Of a DNA stretch of 64,000 nucleotides, positions 39,966 to 49,244 are shown one piece after another (the stretch's first letter is position 1; each line of letters begins with the position of its first letter). Both the position numbers and the translations under genes were made by a program. The notes under the pieces are model-generated. The model had not been told where the DNA came from. It saw only the letters and a program-made list of their open reading frames with translations, and made no database searches. Source of the stretch: Amylibacter sp. IMCC11727 (GTDB lineage Bacteria > Pseudomonadota > Alphaproteobacteria > Rhodobacterales > Rhodobacteraceae); contig NZ_CP122960.1 of the NCBI RefSeq assembly GCF_029854195.1, positions 510,984 through 574,983 on the forward strand. The letters run 5' to 3'.

Positions 39966-40990
39966 TTTTAGGTGTGACCTGTTTGCGCAATGAAGGGCCG
40001 TATGTGGTTGATTGGATCGCGCATCATTTGGCGGCTGGGTTTGATCACATGCTGGTGCTGACCCACGATTGCGATGATGGCAGTGCGGAATTGCTCAATG
40101 CGCTGAGCGCGGATGATCGCATCACGCATCTGCCGTTTGAATTTAACGCAGACAAAACCGTGCAGTGGCAGGCGTTGAATATCGCCAAGAAACATCCGTT
40201 GGTGAAGGATGCGGAATGGGTGATGTTTTTCGATTGTGATGAATACATGAACCTGCCCGAAGGGAACGTGAAAACGCTGGTGGCCAGTATGCCGGAGGCG
40301 GAGGCGATTGCCTTTCCGTGGCGATTGTTTGGGGCAGCGGGGCAAGAGGTGTATGACACTGCGCCAGTAACGGAGCGGTTTCGCATGTGCGCGCCCCATG
40401 GGATGAATTATCCATTGTCGTGCCTGTTTAAGACGTTGTTTAAACCATCAGCGTTTCGCCAAATGGGGGTGCATCGTCCGCGCAACAAAAAAGATCAGGT
40501 GGCGGTTTGGTATGCGTCGAACGGGCAAAAGCTGCCCGATCAAATTGTGCAGCAGGATAAGGCGATTTCGCTGATGAATGCGGTGCGGTTTGATGAAGAC
40601 ATGGCGTATATGAACCATTATTCGGTGCGGTCTGCGCAAGAGTTCATGCTGAAATCTGTGCGCGGTTTGCCCAACCACATGGATCGCAGAATTGATCTGT
40701 CCTACTGGGCGGAGCGGAATTTCAACGTGGTCGAAGACACGGCGATTGATCGAATGGCAGATGCCACAGTTGTGGTCCGTGGTGAATTGTTGGCGCTGCC
40801 TGATGTGGACATTCTGCATACGGGCAGTTGTGAAGAGCATAAACGGCGGATTGCTGTGATGCTGGACGATCTTGAAAATGTGCGTCTGATCTGGCGGTTG
40901 GGATTGCTGGCAAGCAGCACGCCGCCACCGATGGATCGGGCCATGCGGTATATCAAAACTCAGATTCGGATGAAAAAATACAATGGCTAA
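39962..40990 (+). CDS. Glycosyltransferase (Glyco_tranf_2_4 / GT92-like fold)
   Basis: CLRNEGPYVVDWIAHHLAAGFDHMLVLTHDCDDGS and DCDEY motifs. 4-nt overlap with the upstream gene. Confidence 0.7.
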   Translation: MILGVTCLRNEGPYVVDWIAHHLAAGFDHMLVLTHDCDDGSAELLNALSADDRITHLPFEFNADKTVQWQALNIAKKHPLVKDAEWVMFFDCDEYMNLPEGNVKTLVASMPEAEAIAFPWRLFGAAGQEVYDTAPVTERFRMCAPHGMNYPLSCLFKTLFKPSAFRQMGVHRPRNKKDQVAVWYASNGQKLPDQIVQQDKAISLMNAVRFDEDMAYMNHYSVRSAQEFMLKSVRGLPNHMDRRIDLSYWAERNFNVVEDTAIDRMADATVVVRGELLALPDVDILHTGSCEEHKRRIAVMLDDLENVRLIWRLGLLASSTPPPMDRAMRYIKTQIRMKKYNG

Positions 40991-43244
40991 GTCTGAGAAA
41001 AACGAATTACATCGCCGCCATATGAATGTGGTTGAGGCCGAGGGGATTGTCCTGTTGGACGCTGTTTCGGTGGTGCGGGATGACAAACGGATTGTGCATC
41101 TGTTTTTCCATTCTGATGCAGATACGTTGCGGGTGTTTCCCGGCAAAGATTTGTCGGTATTGGAAACGCGCAGCATTGGCGGGGCCACGTGGTGGACGTG
41201 TGAAACCTCTAAGTTGGAGGGGCCGCTGAAGATGGTGTTTGAGGACACCGCAGTCAAGATTGATCCTAATGTGGCCGAGTTGGACCTGTTTGCAGGCAAG
41301 AATTGTTTCGTGTCTGTGCGCAGTGGTGAAAGTGCCGAGGTGGTTCTGAGTTGGCTTGACTACCACATCCAGCATCATGATTTGCAGGGCGCGGTGATTT
41401 TGGATCGTGCGGAGCCAGGCACGGACAAGGGATTTATGCGCCGATTGCGCAAGGGTTTGAACAAATTGTCTGGTCCGTGTGAGGTGGTGTTGCTGAATGC
41501 GGAAACACCATTGGGGGATCCGAAACTGCCCCCCGAAGCGCACCCGTTTAATGCCCCTGATGCGCCGGGCAAAGACCGCATGGATATCCCTGACCCTGAT
41601 GCTTGGGCATCGCCGATTTCACAGGTGATGATTTACGAGTTGATCCGCAATCGGTTCCTTGGGACCGCGCGCGCCGTGGCGAATATTGATGTGTATGATC
41701 TGATGATCGAAGGCCATGACACCAGCCTGTTTGATGCGGCGGTGGCCGCGGATACTGGGTTGATCCCGCTGGGTGGGCGGCATGTGTATCCGTGGCGCAC
41801 GCGCAAAAATCGCCCTGCGGAATTTGGCGATCATATCTGTGTTCAGTTTGATGTGAAAAAAATGAAGGCGCGGTGGTGTATTGCGCCTGATGTGGCATCG
41901 GACGCGGCTATTTGGCGGCTGATCCGTGTGGGCAATGTGAATGCAAATGTGGATGATGCGCGGCTGTTTTATCGGTTCATGTCGTTGCGTCACCCCACGC
42001 CATCTGTGTCCAAGATCGTGCCAAAATCGAGCCTAGTGGAACATAAGCCGCTGATTGAATTGGCGCAAAAACGGTTTGGCGAAAAACCCGTGCGCATGCC
42101 TGTGATCAAGGCGGATTTAGACAACGGGCGCGGGCGTGCCTGTATCATGACCTGTATGAAAAACGAGGGGCCGTTCATTTTGGAATGGGTCGCGTATCAC
42201 AAGGCAATCGGGTTCGACGATTTCATCGTTTACACAAACGACTGCACCGATGGCACGGATACGCTGTTGGATAAACTGCAGGAACGGGGGATTTTGCAGC
42301 ATCGGGACAATCCGTACCGCGACGTAGATATGAAACCACAACATGCTGCCATGCACGCCGTTGACGACGAAGAGATCGTGCAAAAAGCCAGTTGGGTGGT
42401 GAACATGGATGTGGATGAATTCGTCAACATCAAGTGTGGGGATGGAACGCTTGATGCGTTGTTTGCAGCCGTGCCAGAAGCCAATATGTTTGCGATGACG
42501 TGGCGGTTGTTTGGCAATGGCGATGTGGAAGAATACAAAGACGAGTTGTTGGTGAAACAACTGACCCGCTGTGCGCCAGAGTTTGCCAATAAACCGCATC
42601 AAGCGTGGGGGTTTAAAACCCTGTACCAGAACAACGGGTTTTTCAAAAAGATGGGGGTGCATCGCCCCAAAGGATTGAACCCGCAATTGTGGGAGCAAAT
42701 CCACTGGGTCAATGGATCGGGTGTGAAACTGCCCAAGGAAATTTACCGCAATGCGTGGCGGTCCACCACACAGACCTATGGCTATGATCTGGTGCAGCTG
42801 AACCATTATGCGGTGCGCAGTGCGGAGAGCTTTCTGGTGAAACGGGATCGGGGCCGCGTGAACCACGTGGATCGAGATCAGGGGCTGGCGTATTGGTTTC
42901 GGATGAACAACAACGCGGAGGAGGAAACCTCTATCCAGCGGATGATCCCGAAATTGCAGGCGGAATTGGACAAGCTGATGGCGGATGAAGAAATCGCGGC
43001 CATTCACCACGAGGCCGTGCGCCGCCACCGTGCCAAGATTGATGAGCTGCGGGCCACGGAAAAATACACTGCATTTTATGCGGATTTGATCGGGCCGCGT
43101 TTGCGCAAACTGTCCCGTCTGCATTCGCATTTCGGATCGAACGTGTTTTTGTCAGGCCCTGATGTGATCCCAGATGAGGTGGTGGATCAGGACCCCGCAT
43201 CTGATTTCTTTTTCACGGTGGAAAAGGGCGAAACGAACCATTAA
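40983..43244 (+). CDS. Tandem-domain glycosyltransferase (two GT92-like domains, the N-terminal copy being divergent)
   Basis: The C-terminal half has MKNEGPFILEWVAYHKAIGFDDFIVYTNDCTDGT and VDEF, paralogous to the 39962 gene. The N-terminal half keeps a weaker SWLDYHIQHHDLQGAVILDR motif. 8-nt overlap with the upstream gene. Confidence 0.7.
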   Translation: MAKSEKNELHRRHMNVVEAEGIVLLDAVSVVRDDKRIVHLFFHSDADTLRVFPGKDLSVLETRSIGGATWWTCETSKLEGPLKMVFEDTAVKIDPNVAELDLFAGKNCFVSVRSGESAEVVLSWLDYHIQHHDLQGAVILDRAEPGTDKGFMRRLRKGLNKLSGPCEVVLLNAETPLGDPKLPPEAHPFNAPDAPGKDRMDIPDPDAWASPISQVMIYELIRNRFLGTARAVANIDVYDLMIEGHDTSLFDAAVAADTGLIPLGGRHVYPWRTRKNRPAEFGDHICVQFDVKKMKARWCIAPDVASDAAIWRLIRVGNVNANVDDARLFYRFMSLRHPTPSVSKIVPKSSLVEHKPLIELAQKRFGEKPVRMPVIKADLDNGRGRACIMTCMKNEGPFILEWVAYHKAIGFDDFIVYTNDCTDGTDTLLDKLQERGILQHRDNPYRDVDMKPQHAAMHAVDDEEIVQKASWVVNMDVDEFVNIKCGDGTLDALFAAVPEANMFAMTWRLFGNGDVEEYKDELLVKQLTRCAPEFANKPHQAWGFKTLYQNNGFFKKMGVHRPKGLNPQLWEQIHWVNGSGVKLPKEIYRNAWRSTTQTYGYDLVQLNHYAVRSAESFLVKRDRGRVNHVDRDQGLAYWFRMNNNAEEETSIQRMIPKLQAELDKLMADEEIAAIHHEAVRRHRAKIDELRATEKYTAFYADLIGPRLRKLSRLHSHFGSNVFLSGPDVIPDEVVDQDPASDFFFTVEKGETNH

Positions 43245-43288
43245 CTCTGACAGAGCAAATGTGATGGTGACTGCGTAAGGGGTGGACA

Positions 43289-44179
43289 TTGAAGTTTCGG
43301 ATTTTCTTTGGCGCCCATCGGGCCGCGCAAGAGCATTTGGCCGCACAGTTGGGTGCGAACCGTGATCTGTTGGAGGCGAACGGCATTCTGTTGCCAGCAG
43401 AGGACGAGATGGAAGCGGCCGTTTGGCCTGCTATTCGTGCCATGCGTCGCAACAATGCGGATGAAAATACGCTGCCCAAGATGATCAAGAAACTGACGGG
43501 CGGCAAGGATTACAAAACCATTTTGATTGTGCGCCCGTCGATCAGCGGGTCCCCCCTGCGCCCGATCAAGGATGATATCATTTACCCGCGCGGCAGTGCC
43601 ACGGTGGCACATTTGATCAAATTGATTGGGCAAGACGATGTGGAATTATTCTGTGCGCTGCGCAATCCTGCGAGCTTTCTTCCGTCTTGTTACAACGTGG
43701 CCTATATGAATGAGCCGACGCAAAGCTTGCAGGAGTTTGTGACGGTCAGTGATCCGTTTGCGCTGCGGTGGTCGGAATATTTGCACCGCGTGCAAGGGCG
43801 CGAGAGCGAGCTGCCGCTGACGGTTTGGACGTTTGAAGATTACCCTTATATCTGGCGCAGCGTGGCGCAGGCGTTTGCGGGTTTGCCCAACAAAGAGGAT
43901 TTGGTTGCGGTGGATCATCCGCTGGATCAGGGGATGTCGTTAAAGGGTTTGTTGTTGATGCAAGAATACCTGAAACAGCATCCCGCCGAAACGGCATCAA
44001 AACGCAATCAGGTGGCGCAAAAATTTGAAGAGCGGTTTCCACCTGTGGCAGGAGAAGTGATTCCCGATCAGTGGCCCGAAGATTTGGTTAGCACACTGAG
44101 CGACAGCTATGATGATGACCTGTATTACATCGAGCGGATGGAAAATATTCACCTGATAAAACGCCCGATTTACAGGTGA
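43289..44179 (+). CDS. Sulfotransferase-family paralog with a degenerate PAPS-binding (5'-PSB) loop
   Basis: It aligns with the 46794-47480 protein (MKFRIFFGAHRAAQEHL versus MKKALIHIGPHKTGSTYI), but K/TGST is replaced by R/AAQE. A 3'-PB-like RNPASFLPSCY is retained. Confidence 0.55.
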   Translation: MKFRIFFGAHRAAQEHLAAQLGANRDLLEANGILLPAEDEMEAAVWPAIRAMRRNNADENTLPKMIKKLTGGKDYKTILIVRPSISGSPLRPIKDDIIYPRGSATVAHLIKLIGQDDVELFCALRNPASFLPSCYNVAYMNEPTQSLQEFVTVSDPFALRWSEYLHRVQGRESELPLTVWTFEDYPYIWRSVAQAFAGLPNKEDLVAVDHPLDQGMSLKGLLLMQEYLKQHPAETASKRNQVAQKFEERFPPVAGEVIPDQWPEDLVSTLSDSYDDDLYYIERMENIHLIKRPIYR

Positions 44180-44326
44180 TTTAGCGGCTTTTCATCCCTC
44201 AGAGTTTACAAATTTTCCTGCGAAGGATAAAGGTGAACATGATAAGTAATTGTTTTTAAACAATTAATTGACAGGTCCATTTCTTAGTCATACGTTAAGG
44301 TTACATTAACGTTTGGAGTACCCTTT

Positions 44327-44455
44327 TTGAAAAACCTCATCATAACTGCCATCTTGGCTTTGACTGTATCTCTCCCTTATCAGGCCATTGCCCATTCAGG
44401 TGGCACAAACGCCGCTGGCTGTCATGCTGGGTCCAAACCCTATCACTGTCACTAA
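44327..44455 (+). CDS. Small secreted His/Cys-rich peptide (mature HSGGTNAAGCHAGSKPYHCH)
   Basis: TTG start 10 nt after ggag. Signal peptide KNLIITAILALTVSLPYQAIA, then a 20-aa HSGG...GCH...YHCH motif. It lies in an AT-rich intergenic region and is below the 60-aa ORF cutoff. Confidence 0.5.
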   Translation: MKNLIITAILALTVSLPYQAIAHSGGTNAAGCHAGSKPYHCH

Positions 44456-44460
44456 TGCGT

Positions 44461-44556
44461 CCCGAGTGAAGGTGTACTGAGTTGGGGTGTACCGAGTGAA
44501 AACGTACTGAGTTCATGCTTACCGAGTGTCGGCGTACTGAGTTTCTCCCAAGTGAA
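44461..44556 (+). repeat. Three to four imperfect direct repeats (ccgagtgNNNNcgtactgagtt) with 25-33 bp spacing
   Basis: cccgagtgaaggtgtactgagtt, ccgagtgaaaacgtactgagtt and ccgagtgtcggcgtactgagtt, plus a partial cccaagtgaagacgg, all read directly from the sequence. Confidence 0.6.
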
Positions 44557-44557
44557 G

Positions 44558-44600
44558 ACGGGTTGAGGTGGAATGTCCCCCTCAACCCGTTTTCTTTTTG
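44558..44600 (+). terminator. Strong rho-independent terminator
   Basis: 11-bp stem acgggttgagg/cctcaacccgt, then ttttctttttgcggttcgtttttt. Confidence 0.7.
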
Positions 44601-44614
44601 CGGTTCGTTTTTTC

Positions 44615-44640
44615 GCCTGCTGCCCATGACGGGTTCAGGG
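44615..44640 (+). terminator. Second hairpin plus T-run
   Basis: acgggttcagggacccgt followed by ttttag. Confidence 0.45.
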
Positions 44641-44700
44641 ACCCGTTTTTAGATACAGATTGGAGACCCCCGATCAAGTCGGGGGCAATTGGCGGATGGA

Positions 44701-45309
44701 TTAAAACTCCACCCCAATCTGCGCTTTGATCCCTGACCTAAATGGATGTTTCACCAGTTCCATTTCTGTCACCAGATCGGCGATTTCGATCAGTTCTTCT
44801 TTGGCGTTGCGGCCCGTTAGGACCACGTGGGTCATTTCGGGTTTTTCTTCGACCAGAAATTCCACCACGTCGTTGATGTCGATGTAGTCATAGCGCAGGG
44901 CGATGTTGATTTCGTCTAGCAGCACCATTTTGTTGCTTTCGTCGCGGATCAGTTCTTTGGCCTTTTCCCATGCGGCTTGGGCCATTTCGGTGTCGCGGGT
45001 TTTGTCTTGGGTTTCCCAGGTGAAGCCCTCGCCCATGGTGTGGAAGGCGCATTTGTCGGCGAATGTGCCAAGGATGAGGTCCCGTTCGCCCGTGGACATG
45101 CCGCCTTTGATGAACTGCACCACGCCGCATTTCATGTCGTGGGCAATGCAGCGAAAGATCATGCCAAACGCGGCGGATGATTTGCCTTTGCCTTTGCCGG
45201 TGTTGACGATCACGAGGCCCTTTTTATCGGTCTTGGTGGCCATGATCTTGTCACGTGCGGCCTTTTTCTTGGCCATTTTCATTGCGTGGCGTTCGGTATC
45301 TTCGGTCAT
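44701..45309 (-). CDS. cobO: Cob(I)yrinic acid a,c-diamide adenosyltransferase (CobO/BtuR type)
   Basis: KGLVIVNTGKGKGKSSAAFG P-loop. Start taken at MTEDTE (45309). Confidence 0.85.
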   Translation of the reverse strand: MTEDTERHAMKMAKKKAARDKIMATKTDKKGLVIVNTGKGKGKSSAAFGMIFRCIAHDMKCGVVQFIKGGMSTGERDLILGTFADKCAFHTMGEGFTWETQDKTRDTEMAQAAWEKAKELIRDESNKMVLLDEINIALRYDYIDINDVVEFLVEEKPEMTHVVLTGRNAKEELIEIADLVTEMELVKHPFRSGIKAQIGVEF

Positions 45310-45401
45310 GGCTTTCTCTTTCTTTTGTGCAGAAATACTTCCGCCGGAGGCAAATCGCCCTGTTAAGGGCTTATGGGGTGACGCGTGAGCGTCGCTTTTG
45401 G

Positions 45402-46277
45402 TTAACGGGTTGGGACAGGGAAATCCCCGCGGTAATCGTAAAAGCCGCGTTTGGTTTTGCGGCCGAGCCAGCCCGCTTCGACGTATTTGGTTAACAACGG
45501 ACACGGACGGTATTTTGTGTCTGCCAGCCCATCGTGCAGCACGTTCATGATGGCAAGGCAGGTGTCGAGCCCGATGAAATCCGCCAGTTCCAGCGGCCCC
45601 ATGGGGTGGTTTGCGCCCAGTTTGAGCGAGGTGTCGATGCTTTGAACGTTTCCGACCCCTTCGTACAGGGTGTAGATCGCTTCGTTGATCATCGGCATCA
45701 GAATGCGGTTCACGATGAAGGCGGGGAAATCTTCGGCGGTGGAGGAGGTTTTGCCGATCTTTTCCACGACCGCATTTACGGCGTTATAGGTTGCATCATC
45801 CGTGGCGATCCCGCGGATCAATTCCACCAGTTGCATGATCGGTACGGGGTTCATGAAGTGCAGCCCCATAAACCGTTCGGGGCGATCCGTGCGTGAGGCA
45901 AGCCGTGTGATGGAAATGGAGGATGTGTTCGAGGTCAGGATCGTATCCTTGCCGATATGGGGCAGGATGTCTTCGAAGATGGCCTGTTTGATCGTTTCGC
46001 GCTCGGTGGCGGCTTCGATGACCAAATCCACGGTGCCGCATTCTGCCAGTGTGGTCACGGGTGTGATGTTGCCAAGGGTGCGGGTTTTGTCGGCTTCGGT
46101 GATTGTGGACCGGGCGATGGCGCGGTCCAGATTTTTGATGACGGTTGCGATACCTTTATCAAGCGCGTCCTTGGAGATATCGTACAGGCGCACTTCGAAA
46201 TCGGCGCCTGCAAAGACTTGAGCGATGCCGTTGCCCATTTGGCCTGCGCCGATCACGCTTACAGATTTGATGTCCAT
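45402..46277 (-). CDS. hbd: 3-hydroxybutyryl-CoA dehydrogenase
   Basis: VIGAGQMGNGIAQV NAD-binding motif and 3HCDH C-terminal domain. Confidence 0.85.
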   Translation of the reverse strand: MDIKSVSVIGAGQMGNGIAQVFAGADFEVRLYDISKDALDKGIATVIKNLDRAIARSTITEADKTRTLGNITPVTTLAECGTVDLVIEAATERETIKQAIFEDILPHIGKDTILTSNTSSISITRLASRTDRPERFMGLHFMNPVPIMQLVELIRGIATDDATYNAVNAVVEKIGKTSSTAEDFPAFIVNRILMPMINEAIYTLYEGVGNVQSIDTSLKLGANHPMGPLELADFIGLDTCLAIMNVLHDGLADTKYRPCPLLTKYVEAGWLGRKTKRGFYDYRGDFPVPTR

Positions 46278-46337
46278 TGAAATATCCTGATGCTGTTGTC
46301 TTGCAACCTACACCTTGTGACGCCGCCTTCAAGGGAT

Positions 46338-46748
46338 TTACCCGAAATTCGCAGTCCCTTCTAATTCGTGATGAGGGATCAGGCGGCTGTCTGCCACGGC
46401 GGCTTGGCGGTGAAAAACGATGGCTTGATAGGCGGGATCCATAACCATGGCGAGGAAGGCGTTGAGCGATGGATAGCGGGCGATGAAGGCCACATCCCAT
46501 GTTTCATCTGATGGGCCGATCAGCATGGATTTGGGATCGCCGCGCCAGATGATTTCGCCGCCCACACCGGCAAATATGGGGCCGCTTTCTGTGCCGTAGG
46601 CTTTGTAGGCGTCTGCCCCTGTGCCGCCGCGCCCGTCTTTGTATTTCGCGGTGTCGTTCAGTTTTACAAGGTTCAGCATGTTCAATGGCTGCTCTCGGTC
46701 GAGCGATTTGAAGGCGGCGAATTGTTCAGGGGTCGGATCAATGTGCAT
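46338..46748 (-). CDS. DUF1330 domain protein
   Basis: PEQFAAFKSLDREQPLNMLNLVKL pattern. Confidence 0.55.
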   Translation of the reverse strand: MHIDPTPEQFAAFKSLDREQPLNMLNLVKLNDTAKYKDGRGGTGADAYKAYGTESGPIFAGVGGEIIWRGDPKSMLIGPSDETWDVAFIARYPSLNAFLAMVMDPAYQAIVFHRQAAVADSRLIPHHELEGTANFG

Positions 46749-46793
46749 TGTAGGCTCCTTTTCGCGGTCAGCTTAGGCAGAGGAGGGCTTCAA

Positions 46794-47480
46794 TCAAGAC
46801 CGACGTGGCGAAACATTCACCGGTTCGATCCAGTCCATGTGATCAAGAACCGCATCGGGAATGCCGAAATAGCGGAACATATCCGCGCCTAACCGCCCTG
46901 ATACGGCATCCGTTTCGTAGCTGCGGAACACAACGGCGTCTTTGCCAAGGGCGGTGTACATGGTTTCGGTGAAGGTGTCCCATGCGAAGGGCAGGCCATT
47001 GGCGCGGCTGAATTTGCGCGGGGCAAAGGTGCGTTTTTTGTCGCGGAATTTATGGGCATGAACCGAGCGCAGCCAATCCTGATATTCGCGGATGTAGCAA
47101 AAGAACTGGGTTTCGACCTCGGCATCATCAAAGCCTGCTTGGATGGCGGGTAAGGTCAGGTGCAAAAACGGATAGAGCCCGTAAATTTTGGCCAGTGTGG
47201 GCACGGGGCCGAGCAGGTCTTCGCTGCTGATGAGGGTGTTTGGGGCGGTCAGGCTGCGGCCCAGTTCATAGGCGGTTTGGTGGATGGTCTGCAAAGAATT
47301 GGTCGCATCCTCGGAATTATGAACGCCAAGAGTAAACCGTTGAAGTGCATCAAACAGCGGGTCAGATTTTGGGAAAAACTGATGCGAGGGGGCCAGCAGA
47401 TGCGCGTTGGTCTGCATCATCTTTTGAATATAGGTGGAGCCCGTTTTATGGGGGCCGATATGAATAAGCGCCTTTTTCAT
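46794..47480 (-). CDS. Sulfotransferase-family protein (canonical PAPS P-loop)
   Basis: IHIGPHKTGSTYIQ 5'-PSB motif. Confidence 0.7.
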   Translation of the reverse strand: MKKALIHIGPHKTGSTYIQKMMQTNAHLLAPSHQFFPKSDPLFDALQRFTLGVHNSEDATNSLQTIHQTAYELGRSLTAPNTLISSEDLLGPVPTLAKIYGLYPFLHLTLPAIQAGFDDAEVETQFFCYIREYQDWLRSVHAHKFRDKKRTFAPRKFSRANGLPFAWDTFTETMYTALGKDAVVFRSYETDAVSGRLGADMFRYFGIPDAVLDHMDWIEPVNVSPRRS

Positions 47481-47556
47481 AGCCCATTCTTATCGTGGCT
47501 TTGCGCAAACAAAAAGCCCGCCAAAAGGCGGGCTTTTCAAAAAAATTGATAGAGGC

Positions 47557-48483
47557 TTAGAGTGCTTCTGTCAGAGCAGGAACTGCATCGAACAGGTCAG
47601 CAACCAGACCGTAATCCGCAACTTGGAAAATCGGTGCTTCTTCGTCTTTGTTGATGGCGACGATGACTTTGGAGTCTTTCATACCAGCGAGGTGCTGAAT
47701 CGCGCCAGAGATACCCGCAGCGATGTAGAGGTCAGGTGCAACCACCTTACCTGTTTGACCCACTTGCCAATCGTTTGGTGCGTAGCCTGAATCAACGGCT
47801 GCGCGGGATGCGCCAACCGCTGCGTTCAGTTTGTCAGCCAAGGCTTCGATAATTGCGAAGCTTTCTTCGGACCCAACGCCACGGCCACCAGATACAACGA
47901 TTTTCGCAGATGTCAGTTCTGGGCGATCAGAGGCCTGAACCTTATCTTCGATCCATGTGGACAGATCGTTTGCGCCAGCGGCTGCGATGTTTTCCACAGA
48001 AGCAGAACCACCTTCGGCAGCGGCGTCAAAGCCAGCGGTCCGAATGGTTGCAACCTTTGTGCCGTCAGAAGATTTGACAGTCTGGATCGCGTTGCCTGCG
48101 TAGATTGGACGTTCGAATGTATCGCCATCCACAACGCCTGTGATGTCTGAAATGACCATCACGTCGAGCATCGCTGCCACGCGTGGCATGATGTTTTTCG
48201 CATCTGTCGTGGCAGGCGCCACGATGTGGGAGTAATCCCCCGCAAGAGATACGATCAAGTCAGATGTGACCTCTGCCAGGCGGTGGCCGTATTGTGCATC
48301 TTCGGCGCACAGTACTTTGGACACGCCAGTGATTTTTGCAGCTTCAGCGGCGGCATCGGCACACGTTGCGCCACAGGCCAGAACAGTTACATCACCGAGG
48401 TTTGCACATGCGGACACAGCCTTGGCTGTTTGGTCCATGGACAATTCGCCATCGTTGATTTCAGCTAGAAGAAGAACAGCCAT
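47557..48483 (-). CDS. etfA: Electron transfer flavoprotein subunit alpha
   Basis: About 308 aa with a conserved FAD-binding C-terminal domain. Confidence 0.9.
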   Translation of the reverse strand: MAVLLLAEINDGELSMDQTAKAVSACANLGDVTVLACGATCADAAAEAAKITGVSKVLCAEDAQYGHRLAEVTSDLIVSLAGDYSHIVAPATTDAKNIMPRVAAMLDVMVISDITGVVDGDTFERPIYAGNAIQTVKSSDGTKVATIRTAGFDAAAEGGSASVENIAAAGANDLSTWIEDKVQASDRPELTSAKIVVSGGRGVGSEESFAIIEALADKLNAAVGASRAAVDSGYAPNDWQVGQTGKVVAPDLYIAAGISGAIQHLAGMKDSKVIVAINKDEEAPIFQVADYGLVADLFDAVPALTEAL

Positions 48484-49244
48484 TAGATAACCCCCGCTTC
48501 GTCTTTGAGTTTCGCGACCAATTCGGCCACATCCGCCACTTTGATACCAGCCGCGCGTGCAGCAGGTTCCGCAGTGCCCACAACTGTCAAGCGTGGGGAT
48601 ACATCGACGCCATAGTCAGCAGCTGTTTTTTCATCCAGCGGCTTTTTCTTGGCTTTCATGATGTTTGGCAGGGACGCGTAGCGCGGCTCGTTCAAACGCA
48701 GATCAACGGTGATGATGGCTGGCATCTTCACTTTGATGGTTTGCAAACCGCCGTCCACTTCGCGTGTGACTGTGGCTGTGTCGCCGTCCACGTCCAGTTC
48801 AGAAGCGAATGTGCCTTGGGCCCAACCTGTCAGCGCTGCCAGCATTTGGCCTGTTGCGTTCATGTCGTTGTCGATGGCTTGTTTGCCAGCGATCACCAGA
48901 CCAGGCTGCTCTTCGTCGATCACACCCTTGAGGATTTTCGCAACGGCCAGTGGCTCGATGTCGTTGTGAACATCATCCGCAGCAACCACGAGGATCGCGC
49001 GGTCTGCGCCCATTGCCAATGCTGTACGCAATGTTTCTTGGGATTGTTTTACGCCGATGGAAACCGCAACGATTTCCTCTGCTTTGCCCGCTTCTTTCAG
49101 ACGGATCGCTTCTTCTACTGCGATTTCGTCAAACGGGTTCATGGACATTTTGACATTCGCCAGATCAACACCGCTGCCGTCCGCTTTAACACGTACTTTC
49201 ACGTTATAGTCGATCACGCGTTTGACAGGCACCAAAACCTTCAT
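48483..49244 (-). CDS. etfB: Electron transfer flavoprotein subunit beta
   Basis: [20 protein letters not shown]-terminus. Confidence 0.9.
   Translation of the reverse strand: MKVLVPVKRVIDYNVKVRVKADGSGVDLANVKMSMNPFDEIAVEEAIRLKEAGKAEEIVAVSIGVKQSQETLRTALAMGADRAILVVAADDVHNDIEPLAVAKILKGVIDEEQPGLVIAGKQAIDNDMNATGQMLAALTGWAQGTFASELDVDGDTATVTREVDGGLQTIKVKMPAIITVDLRLNEPRYASLPNIMKAKKKPLDEKTAADYGVDVSPRLTVVGTAEPAARAAGIKVADVAELVAKLKDEAGVI

Noticed and set aside
42117-43130. 337-aa minus-strand ORF
   Set aside because: Antisense to the tandem glycosyltransferase gene.
44461-44556. Possible CRISPR array
   Set aside because: The repeats are only about 22 bp and imperfect, with irregular 3-11 bp spacers. 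No cas genes are present. This is not a CRISPR array.
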